A DNA stretch of 64,000 nt from Podarcis bocagei (taxonomy: Eukaryota), in NCBI GenBank assembly GCA_964188305.1, contig OZ076886.1. One strand, 5' to 3'. Of the stretch, positions 1 to 12,142 are shown piece after piece; position 1 is the stretch's first letter, and each line of letters begins with the position of its first letter. The position numbers and the translations under genes were made by a program. The notes beneath the pieces were generated by a model, which searched no databases, was not told where the DNA came from, and saw only the letters and a program-made list of their open reading frames with translations.

Positions 1-2464
1 CCATACCTGGCTTTTCTGATAGGCTGTTAGTATCTTTTTGTTTTTGAGGACTTAGGGAATGGGTACGGTGCACACTGATATTTTATCAGCGGGGTTTGAG
101 TCGTGATTGATGTTGGTTTTTAATCCTCAGTTTTTTCTATGATTTGTATCTGATTTTGTTAATTTAAATTTTCTGTTAGACAGTGTTCAATTTTGAACAG
201 CACAGTATAAATGTTTCAGATTTTTTTTTAAGGTATTTAAATTCATTATTCAGCTCTTGATTAGAAATTCTGCAGGATTAAGCAGGTACTTAATGAAACA
301 GGCACAAGACAGATTGGTCTACATAGCTGCCAGGGTCTGCTGCTTCACTGAACAAAAGGAAAGTTTTTACATGCAACATTACCTTTAGTAAACAACAAAA
401 CAATATCAACTTGGTATGAAAAGGCAACATTCATCCAAATTAGGACCCACGGGTCTATTGTATTATGTGTTGTATACTGTAATTATATCAATAGATCTAG
501 CAATATTGACAAATTGGTTAACACAGTGCATGTTCAAACAGGAAAATGTCACAATGAAAAACAGGGGTTCTTCAAAGGAAAGAGAGAGAGAGGGCAAGGA
601 AACACTCAACCAAATGTGAAAATAGGCAAGAATGAAGCATATAGTTCATTTGTTACAAGCATTCCAACATGCTAGGGTTTGAAACGCTATATATATATTC
701 TCAACACTGGAGCCACATCAGACAGAAGACTGAGGGCTTCTCCACGCTTACCCTTTTGCCCAGCTCTCTCCAGGCAATGGTCCACGCTTTAACACTCTTT
801 AAAGTTGATTCGGAGCAAATGTCAATTCAGGGTTTTCACAGGGAAAGCTCTGGAGCAAAACAAAAGTTGCTCTGACACAGAGCTTTATAAAGCGTGGACC
901 ATGCCTAAAAAGAGCGGAGGAAAGGGAACACTGGATAAGCCCTTGGGAGTGGCCATGTGTGTGACGGAGCTCTTCTTCAGATAGCACCAAACCCTTTTGA
1001 AATGAATCCTAATTCTGCCTTGATACCTGTTCTTTAAAGTTGAAATATTCTTTGTCAAGAGCGCTTCAGTGAACCAAGGGCTTGTCCACATCAGCAGAAG
1101 GTGGATTTGCACGGGCCTGTGTCCCCATTAATGCTGGGGCATCAACATGACACCCTCCCCATCCCAGTGTTGTCATGAACTGTTCCCCTTTGAAATGTGG
1201 GTTTGCTTGCTTGCTTGCTTTTAATCTTTGGAAAGTCTAAAGCCATTAGGATTTAAAACCGCCACATTTGAAATTAGAAAGGTCTCAAACAACGCTGGGT
1301 TGAGGGTCCACATTTTGCTCTGATGTGGACAAACCCCAACACTAATAACTCAAGAGTACATCTATGTTAGCTGCTTTCTTCCCAGCATTGATACCCCCTG
1401 CATGGGTTGCACAATGCTGTGCTAACTGCCTGTCCTGCTTATTTCGTTTCCTTCTCGGGAAACTGTCTTGCTTAACTCTCTTTCTCTTCCTTCTTTTTTA
1501 TATGCTTTGCTTGACTAATATCAAGCAGGCGTAAATAATCCCTTTTCTGCTTCTGGAGCACAGTTGGTTAAATAGGCAAATCTGTAGTCATTCCGTGACA
1601 GGCAGGCAGAGAATAATCTCTGCACCCACCTCCAGATACTGATCTAAATCGGCATTTTGCTGCATCAGCAAGCTAAAAATATCCCCTCTGTTTACTGCAC
1701 TGGGCATGGTAGACTTCTACGAGAGCAACAGGAAAACAGGGAGGAGGCAAGCAAAGCATGAAAGGGGCTGCAGAAGTAGTGCCAAAGCAGCTTTCACCTT
1801 CTCACCTGTATATGTGTATATATACTGAATTTCGGTGCAGGTAATGGCTTGTGTTGCTGTCTGTTTTAGGACTGTGATGGAAACATCCTGCTTGCTCTAA
1901 ATAAATGAATAACTTGGAACAAAGGTTCCCAAGGCAGCTGTAATGTGTCCATAGTGCATGCATGGGATGTATTCTGCTGCTTGGGAGGTTTTCACTGTCT
2001 CAGCAGGCACAGAGGAAAAATGTACTGTATTCCGATCTTTCAAAGCGACCACTCTTCCAGCAAGGGAGGGATAAACCACAGCTGTACCAGTCTGGGGTCT
2101 CATCCATGCCATACATTTAGAGCATGTGGCTCCCCCCCCCCCGCCCAAGTGTTATAAGAATGTTAATGTCTTAGATATGTACGGTAAGTTCCATTGCATT
2201 TCCAGTTGTGGGACTCTTTGAGTTGTCATGATTCAAAATGGATCCGGCTTGTTTCTAGTGATTGTTTCTAGTGATTCTTATAAAAGTCTCTGCTTCCCTT
2301 CATTTTCAAGGGCAAGCAGCGTGTCTGTCAGGATCCTATTGCCCATGCAGTACTGTACTGAGTGAACATAGAAGGTTAGGCTTGTGCCAGTCACAGCAGA
2401 TGGGGCCTTAGAGACCGAGTGACATCTTAAAATGTCAAATTCTCTTTCTTTCCTCTCTGTCTAG

Positions 2465-2553
2465 TTTCCGTATGCTGCCCCACCGCCCCAGGAGCCAGTG
2501 AAGACACTGCGAAGCCTGATAAACGTCCGAAAGGACACATTGCGCCTAGTCAA
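2465..2553 (+). CDS. RNF157: RNF157 exon 3 (FPYAAPPPQEPVKTLRSLINVRKDTLRLVK)
   Basis: Pyrimidine tract plus ctag acceptor; AA|gtaagt donor; 89 nt; peptide recognisable as RNF157/MGRN1. Confidence 0.95.
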
Positions 2554-3918
2554 GTAAGTCACTGTTGCTTCACAACAGGGGTTTGTAGCACTCTGCTGTT
2601 AAACCATAATTTATTTTAAACTGGTTTAACTCAAGGAGCTGACCTTATAACTTCCCAATCCCAATTCCTTTGGTTGTGGGGACAAACAATGAGCTCTGGT
2701 TTGCATCTAACGTGAAGCCAACCTCTGGTTTCTTTCCCTCCTGTCATGTCCCAGGCAGAAGTGGGGAAGGAGCAACCTGGGAACTTTTGAGCAGTGTGCA
2801 TTAACACGCTGCCCGTTGTTTTAAACTATGGTTTAATGTGATGTGTAAACTAGGCAGCTGCTGTCAACCTTGGTGAGCCCAAAGATTCTGCAAGGATTGG
2901 GTCTTTTTCAGCCTTGCTAGCAGAAATCATTTTGAGTGGCTATGTGATGAAATTAATCTGGGATCTTCTGCATGGAGAGCATGTATGTTCTGCCTATGAG
3001 CTATTCCCCTTCCCTTCCCCAGTTCATCAGATAACTCTGTAAAAGCATCTTCAGCCATAAATGATTTTTTTAAGGTGCCAGACATACCTTGGCCTTCCTA
3101 AATGAAAAATATCTCTGCAGTGTTTTCAAATATATTCCTGGACCATGAGCACTTGTCTAATAGGATAGATGGGGTGTTATACACAGTGAGTTCTGTGTGC
3201 CTTTGCAGCTATTCATTCTGACAAAGGGTGCCCTCTGTTAGGTGCCTGAGAGCTGGTTTTTCTTAATTTCCCGGGCACAAAATTATTGCGTTTAAGTGGC
3301 AGAATGCATGCATGGTGTGCCAGTTATGAATGCTGCATATGTGTGTAAATGAGCTGGTTTCCCTTCAATTGAAGAAACAGAGGCTTGGTCCTTTTCCCAG
3401 TTTCGGTCAGTGCTTTTAAATGCTCAGGTCTTTGCTGCTCATTAAACATGAAAGGATCATCCTTCCCCCAGCCTCCCGCATACTTGGGCAAACTCAGCTG
3501 CTCAGAACACACATGCCATCCACAGATGAGAGTGTCATGCATTGTTTTGCTCCTCCCCCCCCCATTTGAACTTGACTTCAAAAAGCAATGCTTGAATTTA
3601 GGTAAGTCTGTTTGCTCCGTTTTGATAATGGTCTGCTGGAAGCAATCCCATCAGCTGCAGTACAGCAGGGGAGATCCGTTTGTAGCTCCTCAAGATTAGT
3701 GCAGAGATTATCTGGCTGTTTTGGAGGAGGAGTTACACAGATGCCCTGTAAGACAACGAGACAGGCTGTTTGTGCCTTTATATCTCTATCTTCTCCACTT
3801 GGCTTTCAGGGTCACTGCAGGTGACAACAGGATTAGGAGTTGAATTCACTCCTGTTGCTGGGCTAAAATCAGAGCCAAATAAAATCCAGCAGTTTAGAGC
3901 TCAGGACCTGAGGGGTTG

Positions 3919-3919
<1 letters not shown>

Positions 3920-3965
<46 letters not shown>
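3920..3965. repeat. (TG)n microsatellite
   Basis: Read directly. Confidence 0.98.
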
Positions 3966-3966
<1 letters not shown>

Positions 3967-4426
3967 AGAGGGACTGACCTAGCAAAGACTGTGGGCAGTA
4001 TAGCGGCAGTAATGAAACAGGCCTGGGTGAAGGGATGTTCTCTACCAGTTTAACATGCCGTGAATTTGGTTACTGAGATTGCCCCTTCCTTACTTGCATT
4101 CTGGATTCAATTTGCATTTGTGTTTTCAGTTATTTTCAGAGGGATGTTGCCAAGGCCTGGGAAGTCAGGCATGCAGAAAAGGCAGTGGAAAGAAAGGGGG
4201 GGAGCCTTTTTGTAGCCCTTCCCCCCCCCACTGCTGCCAGTGGCTGTGTGCATGGGTGTCCAGAGGGGGTTCCGTCCCCGACAGTGGGTGGGTGTGAAGT
4301 AAATACCCCAAATACATAAACAAGGATACATAATTTAGCACCACAGAATTGGTCTGTCATTTCTGGTAGATCTGGTAACCATGTAGGGCCTGGTTAGGCC
4401 TGATGTCTGAGAGACTAGTACTCAGG

Positions 4427-4865
4427 AGCCACATCCGTACTACAGTGGTACCTCTGGTTACGTACTTAATTCATTCTGGAGGTCTGTTCTTAACCTGAAA
4501 CTGTTCTTAACCTGAAGCACCACTTTAGCTAATGGGGCCTTCCACTGCTGCTGCACCACCACCGCACGATTTCTCTTCTCATCCTGAAGCAAAGTTCTTA
4601 GCCCGAGGTACTATTTCTGGGTTAGCAGAGTCTGTAACCTGAAGCGTATGTAACCCGAGGTACCACTGTATATATTTAAAGCACTTGATACCACTTTAAC
4701 AGTCATAGAGAATCCTGGGAACTGTGGTTTGTGGTTGAGGGGAATTGTCAGGTCAGCACCCTTAACAAACTACAGTTCCTATGTGTCTTTGAGGTGCATA
4801 TGTAGGAAGCCATAACTGTTAAAGTGGTATAAGAGTGCTTTAAATGTTTGGCACGGACGTGACCC
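4427..4865. mobile_element. Older fold-back MITE (ccacatccg...cggacgtg ends; tttaaagcac/gtgctttaaa arms), interrupted by the mariner MITE
   Basis: Inverted arms tttaaagcacttgataccactttaacagt / actgttaaagtggtataagagtgctttaaa; related copies at ~40760-40940 and ~46825-47000. Confidence 0.6.
4443..4668. mobile_element. Tc1/mariner-type MITE, nested inside an older palindromic MITE
   Basis: TIR CAGTGGTACCTC...GAGGTACCACTG flanked by a TA duplication; same family as 53570-53811. Confidence 0.85.
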
Positions 4866-5731
4866 CTCTGTCGTTTCTCAACATGGTAGTCCTGGCATCT
4901 TGATGATGCTGTACTTCTACCCACAGCTGAAACTCTCAGTTCTTTATCTGACTCCCACCCACCTTTTTAACTCATTGCACTGCTTGCTACAATCAATTTC
5001 ACACACCCAGCAACTTCATTTCCAATAATATTGACTCACACCATAGTAATCCGTTTTAAACAAAATAATAATAATAAAACAGCAGGAACACTGGGTTTCT
5101 CTTGCCACACTTACTGACTCTGCAAACATAGCACGGGGCACCAAAACCCAAGAGAAACACAGGATTTCATTTCCAAAATGGTTACCTTCAGGGTCCAGCT
5201 TAGCCCCTTGCCCCAGAGGGGTGTGGCCAGAAGTATCAGCTTTGGGTAGAGGTTTGTTTCGACACACTTGATGTAGCAGGGATGAAATGGGTGTCTGGAA
5301 GGAAGAAGGGGATGGCATCACATTCTGTTGTCTTACTGTGGCAGGTGGGTGCAGACGTCTGGCCAGGCTTAGCAAATGGGATGCTTCAGGGTTAACTAAC
5401 TGAGGACCTGGAGTTTGTGTCAATGCTAGATGGGCTGCATGCATACAGTTGCCTCCAGGGGTTAAATGTTTTTAAAGATCTGTTGCAGGTGTGCATGCAG
5501 CACAAGCCATTTACTTTCTTAATGTTTACTTTAGCATAGTGGTAGCCAATGTAGCACCATGCACTTGTTGTTGGACTCACCGTCCTTGAATGCTGGCCAT
5601 GCCTGCTGGGGCTGACGGGTATTGTATTCCAACAACATCTGGAGGGCTACACCTGTTTTAGCAGAAGAGAGGTCAAATCACTTCTTGGGCATTTTGAGTT
5701 GCGTCCTTTCTGTTTGTTGCAAGGTCTAGAG

Positions 5732-5868
5732 CAGGAATAGGCAAACTCGGCCTTCCAGGTGTTTTGGGACTACAACTCCCATCATCCCTAGCTAACAGGA
5801 CCAGTGGTCAGGGATGATGGGAGTTGTAGTCCCAAAAACACCTGGAGGGCTGAGTTTGCCTATGCCTG
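5732..5868. mobile_element. hAT (Charlie-like) palindromic MITE, 137 bp
   Basis: TIR CAGGAATAGGCAAACTC / GAGTTTGCCTATGCCTG; perfect 8-bp TSD GTCTAGAG at 5724-5731 and 5869-5876. Degenerate relatives lie near 5600, 16040, 21470, 42400, 53100, 56230, 59910 and 61050. Confidence 0.9.
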
Positions 5869-5913
5869 GTCTAGAGCTAGACTAATTTCTTTGCCTGCGT
5901 CTTTATCTACCAG

Positions 5914-6060
5914 GTGTGCGGAGGAAGTGAAGACTCCAGGGGAAGAAGTCAGCAAAGCCAAAGTCCATTACAATGTGGAATTCACATTCGACACTGATGC
6001 CCGGGTGGCTATAACAATTTATTACCAGGCTACTGAAGAATTCCAGAATGGAGTAGTGAG
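5914..6060 (+). CDS. RNF157: RNF157 exon 4 (CAEEVKTPGEEV...YNVEFTFDTDARVAITIYYQATEEFQNGVV)
   Basis: ccag acceptor, AG|gtaaat donor, 147 nt, inside ORF 5804-6064. Confidence 0.95.
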
Positions 6061-6357
6061 GTAAATATACCGAAAGTTGGGTTGGGGAGTGTTTGCTTCC
6101 CACAGAATCAGACGGCTTAATAATAGCATTTCTTAAATTTTTCTTGCACACTCAGACAGGGTGTCTGAATTTTTTTGCACCACCAGTGAATGGAGGGAGG
6201 AGGTGGACTGCACCTCCAGGCTCTGCCAATAGCATCCATATGTTCAGCGCAAAGGAGAGCCTATTCACGTGTGCATAGAAAAGCACATGGGCTTTCCGTA
6301 CAGTTGGGAAGCCTGCACCATTTCTCCCAGCCCCAACTTGGTGTTAGATGTATGCTT

Positions 6358-6520
6358 AAACATAAGAAGAGGCTGCTGGATCAGGCCAATGCCCTGTCTA
6401 GTCCAGCATCCTGTGCTCACAGTGTTCAACCAGATGCCTGTGGAAAACTCTCAAGCAGGACCCAAGCACTCTTCCCTTCCTTTGGTTTCTAGCAACTGGT
6501 ATTCAGAAGCATGAACTGCT
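6358..6520 (-). mobile_element. CR1 LINE 3'-end fragment
   Basis: aacataagaagaggctgctggatcaggcc...ctagtccagcatcctg is the reverse complement of a typical reptile CR1 3'UTR/tail. Confidence 0.6.
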
Positions 6521-7775
6521 GGGAAGCAGCTGCACATAGTGCAAAATGAATCAATTTGCCAATGGCTAGAATGCAGAGCAGTTTAAAAAAACACCTGCTT
6601 TAGAATTCATAGAACTCTGGGTATTTTGAGTGGCACCTTAAGACTAACACAGTGTACTCTTTTGTGGGCCAGGGTCTTACTTCATCGGATCCTTAGTTGA
6701 TGAGTGTTTTTGTATATATATGGGTGGAAAGGGAGAGAAAACGTTAGCAGTGAGGCCATAAGGAAACAAAATACAAGAAAATAAGGAAACTGGAATTGCT
6801 TTACAGCATAAACATGTAAAATAAGGGCAGTGACCATTCGCAAAGCAGTGTGAATGATAACACAAACATCCTGACATTGCTACGTTTATTGAAACATCCA
6901 TTCTGGGACAGAGCAAACACTAGTATAAAATGCATGTAGTTTGCAGTTCTCTTGTATGCTGCTGAAAAGCTAAGTTGGCAGAGTCCTCAAGGGACGAGGC
7001 TGCAAATCACTGTAGGTTCAGGCAGGGAGCCAACATGTGTAAATCATTCTGGAAGAGCAAGGGCAGGTGACCAGAGAAATGGCCACACACATTGGGCCCA
7101 GAAGCAGAATAGATTAAAAGCACCTAAACAGCAACAAAAAGCCAACTGGGCTGTTGTAAGGGCCTTGTGTTGAGCTTGCTATATGTGCAGGGGGAAGAAA
7201 TCAACTAGACACAAGTTAATGGATGGGCAGAAAGATTACCTGCAAGGGTCTGTGTAGCAATTTGAGCTGTGGAATCTTGGAATCAGTGTCAGCCTGTAGC
7301 AAGGGAGAATTCATCCTAGAACAGCATTTGACAGCATGCACAGAATCAAGAGTAATATGGCATCTGATAACATCTCTGCGCATTTGCAGAAAAGGCAATG
7401 TTGCAGTGGCATACCAAAGCCAATCTGAGTTGAATTATGTAGATGCTATCAGGATGTAGATGAGTGACTCACCATGGATCAATGTCAGCGTGGGCTTCCA
7501 CATGCTGGGGTTGTTCTGGAAATCGGCCTTGAGGGTACCATTAGAGAGTCTTGATTGGAGGCTTGATATTCTGGATAATAAGGAAGTGGCTGTCGGGGGA
7601 TATTAATATAATGCAGACCTGAAATCCCTTTGAACTAGTAGGAGCCTGTTAGAGATAAAGCTGGTTTGTTGCATGGAGGAAGATCTTCGTCTTGGAGTGC
7701 ATTTGGGGAATGCTACATGTTGGGATTCGAGAATAATTAGCACACGTTCTTTGTTGTCTTCCCTTTCCATGGTAG

Positions 7776-7893
7776 TTACATCCCCAAAGACAATAGTTTG
7801 CAATCGGAGACTGTCCACTACAAGCGAGGGGTGTGCCAGCAGTTCTGCCTCCCCTCCCACACTGTTGATCCCTCAGAATGGACTGAAGAGGAG
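7776..7893 (+). CDS. RNF157: RNF157 exon 5 (YIPKDNSLQSETVHYKRGVCQQFCLPSHTVDPSEWTEEE)
   Basis: gtag acceptor, GAG|gtaagg donor, 118 nt, phase consistent. Confidence 0.95.
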
Positions 7894-8231
7894 GTAAGGC
7901 AAAGTGGGTTTGCAAATGTGGGAAGGGAGTTTAAGGGATATTTTCAGCACTGGAGGGGAGGCATAATAATTAAGGAGTCCTTAGTACGTTGTAAGGACCC
8001 ATCCTGATAATACCAATGCAGCAGGATACTGCCCTATGGGAATTTACAAACAGAAAAGATGCAAGCAGACTATATTGTAGTATAGAGGGAACTTGAGTCC
8101 ATTCATCTCTTTTAAAAATGCAGTATTGATACAGAAGCACTTAGCAACTCTAGGTGTTATTAGGGGCCGATGCCACTCCTCACTTTGCTCACCACTGTAT
8201 ATATTCCTTTCTTCCTTCTTGTTCTTTGCAG

Positions 8232-8298
8232 CTGGCCTTTGATCTGGACCGTGAAGTCTACCCCATGGTGGTTCTTGCAGTGGTAGATGAGGGAGACG
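8232..8298 (+). CDS. RNF157: RNF157 exon 6 (LAFDLDREVYPMVVLAVVDEGD)
   Basis: gcag acceptor, G|gtaagc donor, 67 nt. Confidence 0.94.
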
Positions 8299-8871
8299 GT
8301 AAGCGATGCTCTTAAGGTTTGGATTCATTTTGGCACTGAGTTAACATGGATGCTCAAATGATTTTTGCCTGGCAAGCTGTAACTGTACTCTTTGCAACCC
8401 AGCTTCTATTTAGATAACCACATTCCAGCTATCTATCAGATGCCCTGCTGAGTGACATTTTCAAACAAATACACTCTGAAAACTGCCTATAATGAGCTAT
8501 TTGTACACATTTAATTGATCTGTTTATAGGTTTTACCAACTTGAATTGTGTTCGTCCTTTGACACCTGCAATTGCAGAAAACCTGTACCAGGTGTGACAA
8601 ACCTGTCACCCTCCATATATTGGCAAACTGAAGCTGGCATCACCCCTGGCCATTGGCCTTTCTGGCTGGAGGTGATGAGAACTGAAGTGCAACTGTATCT
8701 GTGTATTCCGTGGGAAACCCAGCCAGATGGGCAGGGTATAAATAATAAAATATTAATTGATTGATTGATTGATTGATTGATTATGGAAGGCCATCCCTGA
8801 CCTCTATCATCTATATACAGGCTTCCGCATGTGTGTGTCAATCACTCTCATTCTTGCCTGTTGCCTTGCAG

Positions 8872-8915
8872 AGCATATGGGCCACTGCCATGTACTCCTG
8901 GCAACGTTTGAGAAG
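8872..8915 (+). CDS. RNF157: RNF157 exon 7 (EHMGHCHVLLATFEK)
   Basis: gcag acceptor, AAG|gtgagt donor, 44 nt. Confidence 0.94.
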
Positions 8916-9880
8916 GTGAGTGTGGTCTTTCTCTTGACTTCTTGTCCAAGCTAGCTTTTATGCCCAGAAATCTGGCCTCCCAAATGTGGCTTAAGAGTTT
9001 GCTCTGAAAGCAAGTCCGTGGTCAAAGGGTTAGGAAGACTGCTGAGCCGCTTGGGTAAATTGGCAAGGGGCAAGCTCTGTAGACTTCTCCAGCCTCTGCT
9101 TCCCACCACATTCTCCAAGTTACATGACTTTGTATCATGAGGAATGGCTTGGAGAGCTGCCCAAGCTTCCAAGAAGCAGCCAGGATCTCTGAACAATGTT
9201 GGCCTTCTTGGTAGAAGAAGAGAAGTTCTGGGCCCTCTTCTATATAATAGGATTTCATGGAATCGGAGGGGATCTGAGGATGGTGATCCTACTGAGCACC
9301 TGAGGTTGCAGGCTTTGCACACTGCTTGTTTGACGCTCTGCTACACAGTGATATTGGTAGCACTGTCTATTTGCTGTATGCCCAAACACCAAAGAAGCGG
9401 GGCGTTAATGTTCAGCAGGGATATAATCAGAAGACATGCATGTGGAACCAACCCAAACTCGCTTACACCAAAACAAATCAAGCCCCCGCCCCCCAATTCC
9501 TTCAGTTAATTAAATTTAACACACACTCACCCCTTGTACGCAGGCTGAGTGAATGTAAAAAATATTTATGTGACTACACAGCGAAATAAATATAAAGGAT
9601 TAGAGGCTGCTTTTGAACTGTAGCAATCTTTTGTGAGCGTTTGAATAGTAAAGAAGAGTGCTAGGAGAGTTGAAAGGGGAGCGATTCTTAGAAGATTCCT
9701 GGAGCACGAGGCGCAACGTGAATAAGATGCATTCCTTTGGCATTCTGCTACAAGGCGGACGCGTTCTTTTTTAAAGCGGATGCTCTTCAGTAGGCGAATT
9801 CTGTTTCATCGCAAATGTATTCTGTGAAGCCTCTTTTGACAGACTAAAGCCCTATCTGATCGCTTGTGTTTTTCTCCCAG

Positions 9881-9928
9881 CATGCCGACGGCAGCTTTTG
9901 TGTGAAGCCCCTCAAACAGAAGCAAGTG
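9881..9928 (+). CDS. RNF157: RNF157 exon 8 (HADGSFCVKPLKQKQV)
   Basis: cccag acceptor, GTG|gtgagt donor, 48 nt. Confidence 0.94.
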
Positions 9929-10451
9929 GTGAGTGTGTGGCTGGTGTTTGGTGGTGGCTGCCTGCTGCTTTAGTTCAGGTGTGTCCCTGGTTACCACTTT
10001 TCTGGGAAAGCTGCCTAGAATCACTGAAGACCCCGAGACACAAGTATATTTGGGTGACAGCCAACATTAGTCATACTCATATTAGATCCATTTTAAGTCC
10101 ATCCATTTCAGTGGGCTACCTCTAAGTTGGATATTGCCCAATTGGGGGGGGGGCATATGAGTTGGGGTCAGATTTGTTTGGGATCTCCATCCCAGTCTAG
10201 TCTCAACCATCCATGCCTATTGCTGAGAGCATTTAGATAAAAGGCATTGGGAAGCCATGGATTAGGGAAAATTAAAGAACAGTTTGATGTCATTTTAGGG
10301 ATGAAACTTAATTTTTGCAAGTTTCTTCCATGGGGGGGTCATAAAAATACGTGTTTGGAAGCCTACGTCTGATGAAGAAGCACACAATCAGCTTTCAGGG
10401 GAAAAAATGAAGAATTCTAATTTTACCTTCCAAAAATGTCAAGCAATGCTA

Positions 10452-10456
<5 letters not shown>

Positions 10457-10517
<61 letters not shown>
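10457..10517. repeat. (TA)n microsatellite
   Basis: Read directly. Confidence 0.98.
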
Positions 10518-10519
<2 letters not shown>

Positions 10520-10663
10520 TTTCGTAGATTTTCACGGGTACAGGAATGCAGGTTTTGGTGTCTTCGGGTGTCTTCCCGTGTAAGAGTTGGGGTGTCTAGG
10601 CGACGTTTCGACGAGGTCTCACTCGTCATCTTCAGGCTGGTGCTTTCGGCTTCTTGTTACTAG
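10518..10663 (-). mobile_element. Penelope-like element terminal fragment carrying a minimal hammerhead motif
   Basis: CpG-rich (young) fragment abutting (TA)n; minus strand reads CTGAAGA-stem II-GAAAC-GTC. Confidence 0.7.
10597..10640 (-). ncRNA. Minimal type I hammerhead ribozyme motif (PLE type)
   Basis: Minus strand: ccagc CUGAAGA u GACGAG ugagac CUCGUC GAAA cg UC gccua. Core intact, 6-bp stem II, palindromic ACGU stem III, weak stem I. Confidence 0.6.
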
Positions 10664-11091
10664 ACAAACCACAAGTATTTGGCAATCTTTTTTTTAAAAA
10701 AAACTTCTATGCAATTTTACACGTATTTTACTTACCAAACAAAACTAAATTATATGAATTTAACCAAAATATATTTTGATTTCCCAAGTCATGTTACAAC
10801 TTTTTAGCACCCCTCCTTTTGGGAATTTGAAAGTTGAAAAATTCAACATGCCATAGTCACCCATAGCATTTAAGTATTGCAGAGAAGCATGGAGTTTACT
10901 TCCCCACAATATGGGCTAGTGTGTGTGTGTTTAGGTGGGCCGAAGCAGACTGGTATCTTTGGATTAGAGAAGGTCTTGTTTCTCGCAGAAGCTGTCTGTA
11001 GTCCTCCCCCTCCTCCCGAAGGAGCCTATTCTTTTTTACTCTACTTACCTCCAATTACTTATGTGTTGATTCTCTTTCCCTGCCCATGTAG

Positions 11092-11163
11092 GTGGACGGA
11101 GTGAGCTACCTCCTTCAAGAGATCTATGGGATAGAAAACAAATATAATACACAGGACTCCAAG
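11092..11163 (+). CDS. RNF157: RNF157 exon 9 (VDGVSYLLQEIYGIENKYNTQDSK)
   Basis: gtag acceptor, AAG|gtgagt donor, 72 nt; conserved LQEIYG motif. Confidence 0.95.
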
Positions 11164-11482
11164 GTGAGTACTGAAGCAGAGGATGCAGGGCAAGTTCACA
11201 TGATGTAAAAATACACATGAAACAGACTCAAGAAGGATTTGTTTTCGTACGAGAGAATTCGCCTTGGAAAGCTGCTGTGGCAGAAATTTTAAAATTTAAA
11301 AGGGGAGGACCTCTTAACATTTAGTTACTGCTCAATTTTTATAGTTCTCTTCTCCCCCACCTCTAATACATCTGTGTAAACACAGCAAAACAGCATTCCC
11401 ATTTATTCAAACTCATTAAGGAAATATTTGAACGTCATATTTCACCTACCTGTTTTGCATTTTGCTTTCCTTTCCTTTCCAG

Positions 11483-11642
11483 GTAGCAGAAGATGAGGTG
11501 AGCGACAATAGTGCAGAATGTGTGGTCTGCCTCTCTGACGTCCGGGACACCTTGATCTTACCTTGCCGCCACCTTTGCCTCTGCAATACCTGCGCCGACA
11601 CCTTGCGTTACCAAGCCAACAACTGTCCCATCTGCAGGCTGC
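11483..11642 (+). CDS. RNF157: RNF157 exon 10, RING finger (CVVCLSDVRDTLILPCRHLCLCNTCADTLRYQANNCPICR)
   Basis: ccag acceptor, C|gtaagt donor, 160 nt; MGRN1-type RING-HC Cys/His spacing. Confidence 0.97.
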
Positions 11643-12142
11643 GTAAGTCCGCGAGCTTCTTTACACCTTGATGTTTGTCCAAATTAGAGGTAGCCATATC
11701 CTGGAAAAATCAGTGGCTTATCCTATTTGATCCTCTGACTTTGGAAAGTTAACATTCAATTTTCATTGTTGACAAAAATCCTGTCTGATTTTGCATGCAG
11801 TATCTTATTTTTAATTATTTTTATTTTTTTGTCACCATGTGCAAATTATAGCGTATGTTGTTATATTGCACCTGTCTCCTGAGGGAGCTTCCAAGCAGGG
11901 GCTTATTATTGCAAAGAGTCATTCAAACATCTCGTATGGGCTGCTGACAACAGGGGTTTCCAAATCAGATTTCACCCAGTAAGGGTAAATCTGGATTAAA
12001 TTTATGGGATTGCGTTTTGGTGTTTTGTGGAAGCCACACAAAATTGTGTGCATGAGGAGTTCCTGTCTGACAGTGAGCATCCTTAATATTTGTTGTTGGA
12101 AGCTGTTTTTATTCCTCCTACCCTTCATCTCTTGCCCTGCAG

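Noticed and set aside
10369-10400. CTGATGA as a third hammerhead or a C/D snoRNA box
   Set aside because: No stem II or correctly placed GAAA, and no terminal stem with partner box
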